A stretch of 64,000 bases of DNA from Schizochytrium sp. TIO01 (Eukaryota; Protista; Bigyra: Labyrinthulomycetes). The notes under the pieces are model-generated. The model saw nothing but the letters and a program-made list of their open reading frames with translations, made no database searches and had not been told where the DNA came from. Below are positions 27,273-39,200 of this stretch, one piece after another. Location of the stretch: contig SMSO01000005.1 in assembly GCA_004764695.1 (NCBI GenBank), positions 868,001-932,000 of the forward strand. The letters run 5' to 3'. Made by a program: the position numbers and the translations under genes. Positions within the stretch are counted from its first letter, which is position 1. Each line of letters begins with the position of its first letter.

Positions 27273-28436
27273 CTAGTTGCCATCATCAGACCATTCGAGG
27301 ACAAGATCACGAACACATGCTGGTACAGCCTCCGGTACAATTCGTAGTGTCACATCTCCTGAAGCACATGGCATTTTATCAATTTCTTCAAAATCTACAT
27401 CTTCCGATTCCCCCGTCTTCACAGGTACACTCACTGTTTCACCATCCACACTCGTATAGAAAACCTCCCTGTGTGCTGGTTGTCCAAATAACAGTGGCAT
27501 CGCATCAACGTCTGAAAAACCTGTAAGGTTTAGGTTGTAGTGTGCAGGGCGAACACATGTTGCCTCCGTGTTTATGCCATTCATACGAAACGTGGCTGTT
27601 CCATTGCAATGCTTTGGCACAAACCAACAAAGTCCAGGCTCTGCATTCTCAGCAAAACAGTCAACGGCTGACTTTCGAGAGAACGATTTACCATAGAACC
27701 AGATCTGCTGAGAGCCCAGTGAATCAATCTTTTCTCCTTTGGGAATAGTCTTCATGCCAAATGCCTCTAGAGTCACAGCTTCTCTTAACCATTCTGGAGC
27801 AGAGGTCCGGGCCCAATTGTCCCAAGCTTCAAGCCAAGAATCTTGGCTTATAATCTCAGAAACTGCTCGTGAGACAACCTTGGGCACGTTCCCACCTTCA
27901 TCGGCGCATTTCACGTCCACAGATACTAATTCAAGATTTCCAATAACCAACTCATGTTTAGGAAGCACCAGCTCTGGTTCCGCAGGCACCTCTGTAGCAG
28001 CGTCCCCGTTATCTTTTAGGCTTTGCAGATCCTCAGCCAATATAGAAGAAGAACAAGATTTTAACGATGTAAAGGAACCCAACGAAAGGTCTCCATCGTA
28101 TAATCTTGATGCCAAGACCAGTGATAGCGCTACGATCGTACAAAGCAGAAAAACAGACGCTAGGCTCAGGTTCGTCGATACCGCCTCAGCCTTCGTCTCT
28201 TGCGCATGTGGAGTCTTTAAGTTGGAATCGATGACAAAGTTGGCCACGCTTTCGCTCGTTTTCACAACGTCAATGCGGCAACCGCCTTTCCCCTCATTAT
28301 CATTGTCATCTTTCCCGCCAGTGACTCGCGAACGCGACCTAGACCGTGGACGGCAGCGGCGTGAGCTCCTGCCGCGAGCTACAGCAACACTGCCTGGCCC
28401 CAGGGGCTCTGACCTGTCTTCTGTATGGTCCACCAT
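27273..28436 (-). CDS. Single-pass (type II) membrane protein, probably a divergent SUN-domain (Sad1/UNC-84-like) nuclear envelope protein
   Basis: 387-aa ATG-initiated ORF with no microsatellite. It has an Arg/Ser-rich basic N-terminus (RGRSSRRCRPRSRSRSR) and one hydrophobic helix (LSLASVFLLCTIVALSLVLA, 28110-28169). The C-terminal motifs IWFY, EPGLCW, G...FRM, VRPAHYNL, QPAHREVF, VTLRI and ACV resemble the SUN motifs LWY, PGNCW, G...VRL, IHPAAFTL, APKDFAV, VELRI and TCL. The CDS itself is well supported; the family call is by eye. Confidence 0.7.
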   Translation of the reverse strand: MVDHTEDRSEPLGPGSVAVARGRSSRRCRPRSRSRSRVTGGKDDNDNEGKGGCRIDVVKTSESVANFVIDSNLKTPHAQETKAEAVSTNLSLASVFLLCTIVALSLVLASRLYDGDLSLGSFTSLKSCSSSILAEDLQSLKDNGDAATEVPAEPELVLPKHELVIGNLELVSVDVKCADEGGNVPKVVSRAVSEIISQDSWLEAWDNWARTSAPEWLREAVTLEAFGMKTIPKGEKIDSLGSQQIWFYGKSFSRKSAVDCFAENAEPGLCWFVPKHCNGTATFRMNGINTEATCVRPAHYNLNLTGFSDVDAMPLLFGQPAHREVFYTSVDGETVSVPVKTGESEDVDFEEIDKMPCASGDVTLRIVPEAVPACVRDLVLEWSDDGN

Positions 28437-28468
28437 TCTTGGTTTGCTCTTTTTGGGGGAAATTTTCT

Positions 28469-28870
28469 CTGTAGTTATTAGCGTTAGTATGGACCGACTT
28501 TAGAAGCTTTTGCCTGACTTGAAGAGTAAAAGGGGAATCACAATGACAGAAAACTAGACAAAGCAGCAGAAACAATTTATTGGTGTGCATGCGATTAACC
28601 AAATCATGCTGGAAGAGCCATGCAGACAATGGACTATGTCTAGTAAACTTTATCTTGCGAAAGATAGAGCACAGTTTTATCCTCTCACTGATCAAGACTA
28701 GTCTTCAGAAAGGAAAACTAAAAGAAGGGGAACATTTTGCAGCAACTAATTTTGTGAAGAAGGAATTTCCCGCTAGATGAGATATATTTCCCTATAGAAC
28801 ATGATTCTGTCCAGCATTAAGACACCTCAAGGACACTCCTCAAATCCAGCAAATCCAGCAAATACGTTAC
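28469..28870 (-). other. Putative intron upstream of the SUN-like ORF
   Basis: On the minus strand there is a perfect TACTAAC branch site (28483-28489) with a CAG acceptor ending at 28469. Candidate donors are AAG|GTAACG at 28870 or CA|GTGAGA at 28688. Confidence 0.45.
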
Positions 28871-29045
28871 CTTGTGTACATTCATACTTCAAGATTAAAT
28901 GGTACGATTTCTTAACTAAATCCATGGAATATATATGTTTTTAGACCAGTGTAGAGGATGTCGCGACACAAACAAGGAAGAAAAAACATACTGAAGTCGG
29001 CAGTGGTCAAGCATATAAATACGAGCGCAAAGAAAATTGCCATAA

Positions 29046-29078
29046 CCCCCCCCCCCCCCCCACCCCCCCTCCCTTCCC
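29046..29078 (-). other. Poly-C/poly-G tract, potential G-quadruplex on the minus strand
   Basis: The + strand reads C16-A-C7-T-CCC-TT-CCC, giving four or more G-runs on the minus strand. Confidence 0.6.
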
Positions 29079-31017
29079 GGTCACCAGATATCTAATGTTT
29101 CTTCTTATGTTTTGGCACCATCAAAACATGGAGATACGAGCCCAAACAAATTACCATGCTCTCCTGTCATAGAATACTAACCAACGTTAAATGTTGTTTG
29201 TTTGCAATGCAATTCCACGGCCAACATTCATTCTGATACACACATAAACCATTAAGGATATTTGTTGTAATCTAGGCGCTTGCCATAAGGAATGCTCAAA
29301 TTTAACACAATCATCAAAAGGAACCGCAGGTTTAGCCTCCAATTGTACTGTATGCATTTGCTTGTGCATAGGCAAAAATGCTGACTCAAACAACCTTTCG
29401 AAAGTCTTGAGACATGAACAGTGTTTATAGAGATCATTTATATTACTTTTGCGAGTTTCCACTCTTGATACTTACTAGGATACGAAGCTCAGGTCACGAG
29501 CTTTTAATCCCTCACATCCTTTGATGACTTAAAATATTCATATTTCCCGAACAAAAGTAATGCCTACACCGTAGGATCAACTTTTTTTAACTAAATAAAG
29601 CAAGGCTCAGCTCGAACAGCTTACTGGGCGCAAGCATCAAGGCGAAACCACGTATTTTTAAATTCGCTTAAAAACACCAAGTACAATTAGCTTCTTGTTT
29701 TTTTAGAAGACCATACTGGAGTTCTAGAGGGACTCCGGTTGTCAATTTATGTGAATTTGAAATACATTCCGTTTTGCAATAAGCAGATAAAGAATAGCTT
29801 AGTAGAGCTTATTGGTAAAGAGAAACGAGTCAGACACTGTATAATCCATTAAGAAGATAATAATCGATATTAGGGTTTGCTATCACCTGAACAAACGATA
29901 TTTGTTTTTGCATTGTGGGGGCTTTGTCCATCAGGAAAGAAATTGAGCCACCTCCTTAATTTCCTCAACCACTTGATGGTATCCTCTAAACTCTGTAGAA
30001 AGGAGGACTGGCTGTTCTAATTTACCTCCGTTGTGGGGTTCACATACCAACTTGAGCGTCCCTCATCTTAAGCATCCCAACTTAGAGGAAAGCGAGTAAA
30101 GCTTAAGGACACGCAAGTGATAACCCCTATGTGGTATGGTCAAGCCTCTAGTATTACAAATAAGCAAGCATGCTTCCTCAACCCATGGCAAATGACAAAG
30201 GTGCCTTGCTCTTGGAACGCTCGCCAACGCCCTTACGGAGAAGCGTGTTCACCTCTGCTGCATATACCAGGCGTACGCCACGCCAGTACCTGACCAGTAT
30301 CTCCAACTTCCGTGCCACTTCGATGCTTTGTCTTACTTATCCTATTCTGCGGCAGTTTTGACACTGCCACGAGCCTGGCCATGTCTATAATCAAGACCAC
30401 CCGAGACAACTCCTCAAAGGGGGCAAAAGAAACCGGGAAAGGGGGGCACCAGCAATTTCATCCTTGCTTCCTCTCCACAGTAAGAGCCCACTCGCAATAA
30501 ACCTTATTGCAAGCAGCTCGCCTTCAATACGGCAGCCTCATACTCTGCGTCCGCTACAGCTCGCGCATTTATTAGCCTTCGGTGCCACCGCTCTTCAAGT
30601 CGTGGTCAAAGCCGCGCCAGGCTAGCTAGCTATAGCTCCAGCTGGATACGAGCGGGTGCTGCGTGCTGCGAAGTAAAGGAGGAGCCGCCACAAGCGCCGG
30701 CGTCCCAGCAGACCACCTGCGTCGCAGCGCCTAAGCCCTCGCTGTGGAAATAGGTCACCAGGCGCACTTGCCTCACAGGGAATAATGTATAATGATCAAT
30801 CACAAATTGAACACACAAATTGCTGTTGTTGGTCCTTTGTGTTGTGAGGGTCACGTAAGTAACTCTGGCGCATTCCTTCCCTGTGAGGGCGTTCTTCTCT
30901 TTTCTTTTCTTCTCGTGCAGCTTCGATCTGCGACGATGAATCGAGAAATCGATGGAGGATGGAGATCGAAGAAGATCGCCTGTGAAAGTGAAGGGCCCCT
31001 AAGAATGCACTCACTCA

Positions 31018-31070
31018 CTCAACTCAACTCAACTCAACTCAACTCAACTCAACTCAACTCAACTCAACTC
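31018..31070 (+). repeat. (CTCAA)n pentanucleotide microsatellite
   Basis: Directly visible. Confidence 0.95.
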
Positions 31071-33814
31071 GACTCAATAATAATCAATGATAATCTAGCG
31101 AGAGGCGCCCTTCTTTCCAAGAGCTCTGATGAGTGAGCGCTGACTTGCTTGCTTGTTTGCGTCTTTCTTACCCTTGGGGCTGGCTGATCGATGTGTGGAA
31201 CCGTCCTCCTTCTGCTCTGCCGTCGTATTATGTCGAGTGCCGTCGCGTCCGCACCGCCTCGCTCGTGTCTCTTGAGCCCTCAGACCGTCTGTTCTTGTCG
31301 AGTTGTGCTCTGCGCTCATTCATTCTGTTGCTTTCTCCTCGTATGTGAAAAACAGACATCTTTTGTTTGTCTTCTTTTTTCTTTTTTTCTTTTTTAAAAT
31401 ATAGAGATATTATTTTTGAAAACTTTGTTACAAAAGTAAAACATGCACTTTATTACCTGCGAAGGAAGCAGCAGCAGCACTTCTCCTGCACAAAGTACAG
31501 ATAAGAGAAAACATGATCTCAATTGAAAACTGCGGCGGTGTTAACTCGTACATGCTACATACTATGTATGCTCTGGCGTCGCCGTTTCCAAACAGAGTAT
31601 AAATAAACTCATTTCCCTCCGCCTACGATTGTTACCAGAGGCTACCAACTGCTACCACTGCTACCCATCGAGTCTTTAAGTCACAGAAACTCGCGTCGTC
31701 CAAACAATCAACCAATCAATCAATCAATCGCTCGTGCGCCAATTCATGGAACTCAAGGATCACTCAGCGTCAGTATTATTATTGCCAGCATGCATCACGA
31801 CAGCCACGCCCGAGTAGTGCCTGGCTACCTTGCAAGGTGGCCAACTCGCTGCGACGTACAGAAAAGAACGAAGCTGAGAACAGAATTCAAGTAAAAGTAG
31901 TCGAAAATACCTCCTCGGCTGAGCAAGGACGAAAAAAGCGGGGCCTGCCCACATCCGAAGAAGGGTTATGAATCAGGCAACGCCATTTTCGCTCTTTCAG
32001 CCATAAATCCATTCATTCATTCATTCCTTCATACATTCATTCATTCATTCATTCATTGATGAATCATTCCTTCATTTGCCATCAGCAGAGGCCGAGTTCG
32101 CAACAGGAAGCACAGATCTCTGCGTCAAGTTCGCTCTTCAAAGAGGCCCTCTTCGAGTGAAACCGCAGTGGATGCTGGGGGAAGCACTCTCAGTGCCCTG
32201 GAGTTGAGAAGGTACTCAGGAAGGGAAGACACAGCACGTACTGTTCTTGTTTTCTTGTTTTGTTTTTGGAGGCCGCCTTTTGTTTATCAAACCAAGTATG
32301 AGCTTGCTGGCTTATTCTGAAGGGCGCTCCCTCCCGACTGCGCGAGGGCTGGCGCAAAGATCATGCGCCTTGCTGAGGAGGCTGCTATATTATACTGCAT
32401 TACATCAGCTTGCTTGGAGGCCTTGATTCTTTGGTTTCCTCTTTTGGTTTGTTAAGTTTTTTTTGTTGGCTTTTTCTTCAAGTTTTTAGCAGTATTATTA
32501 TTATGATGAATTGATGAGTTTCTAAAACTACTTTCTGTACTTACTAAATAAACTGCATCCCCCCAAACAAAGCTGCTCCCCCAGCCAAGGCCCTCCAACA
32601 AATAAAGGATGCTTCGAACTGACATGGCTGCATATCAGAGCCCTTCGAGGCCCTTCGAGGCCATTCGATTCGAGTCAAGTCAAGTCAAGTCAAGTCGAGT
32701 CAAGTCGAAGTGAGTTGCCTTTGAGTGGAGTTTGAGTCAAGTTCGATCAGCCGAGTCGAATGAAAAGAGTTTTGCATCGCAGCGGCTCGATTCTCCCAAA
32801 TGAAACGGGCCGAGGAGTTGATTGATGCTCTCTGTGTCCTTGAAAGCGGTACAAACCAGAAGCGGGGGTACTGCTTGTCTACTTCCTTCAAGTAAGGTGC
32901 TCACAGGCACAGACTCGAAGATCCTTTAGTTGAGATTCCCCTTCGATTTCTGCTCTAACGTGGAAAAAAGCGGTCGCGAAGATCGCCGATGCAATTGGAG
33001 AGAGAGAAGGGGGCCGATTCAGGCCTTGTATGAGCGGGGAGACGCCTTGTCATCTGTAGGGTCATAGGGTCACCGTGGATGCGGCTTTGAGTTGTGTTGG
33101 AAAAGAGGAAAAACCCTGTTAATTGGAGATTTTCCATTTGCAGAGCACATGAAAAGAAAAAAAAAAAGGAAACAATTAAAATAGATGTATAAACCTTTGG
33201 TGCCTTTAGCATTGTTCGAGTTTCGAAGACCAGGCCACAGAGAAAGATACATATAGAACGAAAGGGATTATTTGCAAATCATTTACTTCTATGAATGGTT
33301 TCGAGCCCATCTACACCCAAAGAGAGGACACAAAGGGAGGCAAAGAAGAATAAATGCAAAAGAAGAGAGAGAGAGAGAGAGAGAGAGAAGAAAAAAGTGT
33401 GAAGCGAGTTAAAACTTTTCTTCCCTATAAAAGAAATGTGGTCAATTTGTGCTCCCAGGATGCCTCTCACTTATGGGGTTGACCAAGTAGCAGTCACGCC
33501 TTATTCTTTTATTTGGCCTTCAAATATTTCGCAGTCCTTTGTGCGAACCAGTGCGTTGCCATGAGTCTGTCTACCGCCTTTCGTCAAGGTCACATCTATG
33601 GTTCGATACATCAATGTTGTCTGCCTTAAAGCAGAAAAAAGAAGTCTACGTTGCTGAAAAGGTCCGGCGTTGTATCTTCTTAAATCATGCAGACAACTTA
33701 AAAAAATAAAAAATAAAAATAGAGAGAAATACAGATTTTGATTCCATCTAACTTTCAAAGCATATATACTGTACCATCGGCGCCCTGACGGGCTCCGCAG
33801 ACTTTGGTCTTCTC

Positions 33815-33897
33815 ACAAACAAACAAACAAACAAACAAACAAACAAACAAACAAACAAACAAACAAACAAACAAACAAACAAACAAACAAACAAACA
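33815..33897 (+). repeat. (AAAC)n microsatellite, ~20 units
   Basis: Directly visible. Confidence 0.97.
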
Positions 33898-36299
33898 TTC
33901 TCAGAAACCTCCTCTTAGCATCAGTAGCCTTTGATCAACATGTGCTGGAGAGAGAGATCTGCCGTTTCCCCAAACTTCTGAAGGCGTGCGACCTGCAAAT
34001 CACAGGTTTGATGCTGCCCTGCTCCATACAGTGCCATATACCGCAGTTCGGGCAACTTACTTCCAGAAGAACACAAAAGATTTCCTCCACGAACTCCTTT
34101 TTATATCTTATCTTTTATTTAAATTTTTCTTGAAAAATTCTCTGAATTTGGTTTTTATTCGAGGAATCGATTCCTTTCTCCTGTGTCCTGACTAGCTAGG
34201 AAAGCAAGTATACCCGAAGCAAATAGGATCTCATTGGAATTCTAACCAACAACAGGAGCCTGATCCACCAGTTTGTCTACTCTTCTTATTCCTCTTCAAC
34301 ATTTAAGCACCTCTCTTATTTTTTATTTTATTTTTATAAATCTCTCTCTGTCGAGCGAAGGAAAGTTTGCAGGTAACAGAATATCCTGAGTCTTCATAGG
34401 ACAAAAACGGCCAATTCCCATAGTAATAATCAGTCCATGTTCCGTTTTTGTTTTGTTTTGTTTTGTTTTTTCAAAAGAAAAGATGTAGTAAAACGCGACT
34501 AATTCTAGTTAAGTCACTGCCCTCGGTATCCCTCTCTCCTGCGACAAATTGACTAAACGAGGAGACTTGTCTCGTGTGGAGAAGAACGCGGCATTCTGCT
34601 TAGCACCTTAAGGGCGAGCTCGAAACCCTCCGCGCCGTTACGTGTAGGCCAAGCAGTTGGCTCGCAGCAGCTCTCAATCAATTTTCTTTCCACAGGGATC
34701 TTTCTTCAAATTTCTTCTGTCCATTGGAAATCAATGCCTATTTACACAGTGCGCATTATTTTGTTCTAGTTTAATATTCAAATAGAAGAAACCTGTTCAA
34801 ACTCAATATGTGAAGTGCACTAAGAAAGCGGTGCACGTTCGTAGGGCAAGTTATACCTAAATCAAGTCCCAGTGGGGAAGAATATTAACTGCTATTTTGA
34901 GGATAGACTTAAAGAGAGATCCCTCAAGACGCATAGCACAACTCAAAACCCCGAAGGTTTGTTCATGAATAAGTCACAAGCCACTGCACATATAAGGAAA
35001 AATATGTCTTAGTGTACAACTTCAAAAGTCTTCGATTAAAGTGCTGAAAGAAAGAAACCAAGTCCCTCTCAAAAAGCATTCTGGGCTTTTGGAGGTGCGC
35101 TACTTCTTTTTAGATCAGGAGGGAATGGAGGAGAAAGCAATACCTCAAAAGTTTCCCCGAGTGGGGACTCTGAGGCGCGAAGGCCTTCATTTCTTTATCA
35201 AAGTACCTAGCTGCCAGCTAAACAACCGCCAACTATGTTTTGTTAAATCTACTCAAAGTAAGGCTTGATTGCCTTGAGAAAAACTAGCCAAGCTATGTTC
35301 GCGTGGAGATATTGCCAGAACGACTTCTTATTATAAGTAAGTCAATTATGCCACCCGCAAACAAGCTTCAGAAAATTTAAATTACTCGCTACATAGTTTT
35401 CTGAACCCACTGGCGTAAGCGTGAACGCTTCTCTCTGTCGAGTCTTTTAATCAACAATGTCCCATGAAAAATGTTGTGTGCTCAATTTTGTTCATTGCAG
35501 AATGTTTTACGTGCTTTCATTAATAGGGTGTCACGCAAGGAGTTAAAAACACTTACCAGGCATCAAGTTGTTCCAAGATTCTTTATTTCTGCCCAAGCTT
35601 TCTTCAAGTAAAGTGACTGAAATTTGACGCAAGAAATTTTCTTATTCCCTTTCTTCATCATAGTTATCTCAAAAGTGTCGCGGTCCAAGATTTCCCAGTT
35701 GTTACACAGTGGCTGCTGTTGAGCGTTTTCAGGAAGTAACTAGCACTACTAATAAAGCTTTCCTTGATTACACACTAGCTATTATCGCCACTCTTTTGGT
35801 GCTTCATGAAACTTAGCGAATGGAATCTTGATTTCATTTTCTTTTCTGGATATTTCTAACTTGAGCAACTTTGTATAGTACTACTTAATCCTATCTAGAC
35901 CTTTCCTTCAACTCAGTATTTCAAAAGTGAGCACATCCACAAAGTTTCCAATCCTGATGATTAAATGATTGAACATGTAAGTTAACGTTTATTATATGAT
36001 TGCCTGGGGCTATCCCTAAGTGAAATTAATTAGCTACTCTTTTTCTTATTCTTATTTTTTAAATTAAAAAAAAAAAAAAATAAGACGAAGAAGGAATATT
36101 TTAGATTCAATCGATTCTACCTAGGTACCTATATTATTCGACTTGGCAATATTAAGCATCTTTCTTTACCTTTCTTTTTCATTTTTATATTCATTATCTT
36201 TAAAATGTTAAAAAAAGAAGAAAAAAAAACTAATATTCTAATTTAGAAAATTTGACGCTGCATATAGTACGGAGGGAAGTTCTGCCAATTGATACTGAA

Positions 36300-39200
36300 A
36301 AAAACAATATGTAAGAAAGAGGAACATAATGTGTGAGGTGAGGTTTGCTTCCCTTGATTTACTTCACAGCAGTTTACTCTACAGCAGATGCTGGTTGTGA
36401 ACGCTTCGCCTTACTGTATCGTGGGCGAGGAAATATGTTTAACACAACGTTTTTTGTGAGGGGGACAATCTGGTCACTCCACACGAAGCACAAAGACCTG
36501 TGAAAGTACTATGGGGTACCCGCAAGGTTAGATTGATCTTGGATTTTAAAACATATGATACGAAATCTGCTTTCTCATAAAGACACTTTGCTCATGCGAG
36601 AAATTTCGTTATAATCAGCAAGCAACAGGCACCAATTATTGACAAACGAATTACTACGATGCCCGACAGAGATTAACAAAACAATGAATATATCAAGTTC
36701 TTGAGATGGCTCGTTGCTGAGATCGCCAATCAAAGGATTATAAAGAGAATGGCGTCGTCCAAGATCTTGAGATGCCATAGAAGTTCTGAGGGACTGAGAT
36801 ATGTTGATATATTCAAAAGGGAGCTAAGAACAACCAAATACATGGTTAAGAAGATAATATGTTCTGCAAAGTATTGGAACCATTCAAACTAATCATTTAA
36901 ATGGTAAATTTTGTCCTTAGCAACCCCTGTCTCTTTTAAATTGATGAAACATTGAAATCGAAGGAACTAATGGACAGAACATTGGCAGAGTTCTAAACGA
37001 TTCCTTGTAAAGGACTTAAGACTTATAAAGAGAAGTACTAGATAGCCAGATTTGAGTGGATGTCGTGCAAATGCATTTGCTAGGATCAAGTATAATGGAT
37101 TCTAAATTGCTGGTTGAAGTAAACCTAATCTTGTTAATTATGTCTAACAAAGATGAAGTCTCCTAATTACAACACCAGCACGAACCAGTCTACATTTGTA
37201 CTTCAAGGATTTTGCCTTTGTCTTCGTCGTCAACCTCTAGCCAACCAAATTTATCTTTCAGCAATGCGGAGAAGATGTTACTAGAGTTCTTTGCGTGTCA
37301 ATGTATGTCTTGCAGGAATTAGGATCTATGCATAGAACTAAAACTAAAGAACTAGATGCATGGTTGAAATCAAAAGACTCAAAAAAGTTTGTACAAACGT
37401 ATCCAATAGAAGTTCTGAACTATGGGAGAATTTAACTAATATTTGAAGAGACGGATCAACTTGACCTCTTCAATTCTCTGTATTATAGAACAATCAGATC
37501 GCAGTCTTTTGATTAGAACATCACCCAGTCTACTTCCGTGCACGGTAGATCTCTGGCTCTAAATGCCAAAGTTCATGAAGTTGTCCTAAGCCTTCTTCGA
37601 GCCTCGTGTCTCTATCTTCCTAGATGACCAAATTAATCTTTCAACACAGACCATGTGTTATAATCGCTACACCAAATCATCGATATCTGGATTGATAACT
37701 CATGAGTTTGAGGGTTGCTCATAGCTCATATTCAGATCCTGACTAGCAATGAACTCGCTTGTAAGATCAAGGGAAATTGTATGAAGGCTCGATGAAGACT
37801 TTGAGAGACTTTGTATATTTTAGATTCATGTAATTCGTTAAATGCTGTTTTGGAAATTGAAGCTTAATGTGGAATGTTCCGCATGATCATAATAACTTTG
37901 GGGATAAAGTCAGCATCGATTTGTGATGCATATGAACAGTTCGTTTTCTCAATTATCGGTACCGATTTCCCTCATACACGTGGTCTTGGATCTGAAAATG
38001 TGTTTTATCAATTGCGTGTTCCTTGGCTTCCCACATGTGATTGTCTTATGCGACTCTGAATCAAGGTTTGAATATAGGGCGAACCTGAGATAACGCACAA
38101 GGTGATGTAAAGCTTACTGTTTGTTATATATATAAGGCTGTTAGGACTTGATAGATGCCTCTTGAATTAAGAAACATGTTGCAAACATCTACGACGTGCT
38201 TAGCAACCACACGGAAATTTGTTCTGAACACCAAGACGGACACACTATCTTTTTTATCGAAATCGCAGCCGTAGCTCAGTAATATTCCGTATCAATCATT
38301 CGCGACGTGAATTCAGCTGCAACAAAAAAAATAAGAGCGTGTAGCAGATGCAAACTACAAGATGTAAGCTAATGATCCCTGCATCAAAGAAACCTTCAAT
38401 TTTTAAAGAGTCTAAACTGAGCGCAAAGTTAAATTTTGGCAGCAATAGATATTAAACATCAGGGTAAATTTATACTACCGTCTTATCACATCATTAATTT
38501 GGGTCAAACTATAGTGAACTTATCCAGCATCATTTTACAGTATTAACAAAGTCTTAATACAAGCTTTTGCGAGTGAATTTTTCGTAACGGTGTATAGCAC
38601 GCAGCGATGCTTCCTCTCACAACTTCTGAGGATGTCTCTATCTCTAATTAAGGAAACTTCTAGACAAAAGATTGTTAAAGCCCTTGGCGCTCCAGTGTAA
38701 AACCTAAATTGTTAGGCTTCGTATAAAATTGCAACGAGAAGCAACTCCACGCTTGTCAAGCCAGAAATCAAAGAATTGAAAGCACATGTGCCATCAGCTG
38801 AGAGTAGGGCAGGAATGAACCCTAAATTGATGACTGAGAGATAACCTAATATAGAATCTTCATTTATGTGTCGTATAGATCAAGTCTGTCTTAGTCTCCA
38901 AATCGTAACAAATATGAAACTCTAAAACTCGTCTACAAGGGTAGCAGAACACCTTATTTGAAATGCCAAAAGCTTGAGAACCCTTTCTGAGTCCTCTACA
39001 AGCCTTCAACCACTTTGCCTTAACCTTGGTAGTCATCATTTAGTTGACGAAATAGTACTTTCAGCCGCTTCTCAATCCTGACTGTAATGGTGCTATTTAC
39101 CGTGATAATAGATAAACACTCTATCTTGAAAGCTTCGATCGCTTCTTTTTATAATGTGACTGAGACAAAACCCCGGAATTTTCCTTGTCTTTTCTTTCAG

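Noticed and set aside
24869-35170. Shared 14-mer CCGAGTGGGGACTC at 24869 and 35157
   Set aside because: Several 14-mer matches are expected by chance in 64 kb, and the flanks do not align.
38265-38340. GCAGCCGTAGCTCAGT resembling a tRNA 5' end
   Set aside because: No D-loop GG, anticodon arm, TTCGA T-loop or acceptor-stem complement follows.
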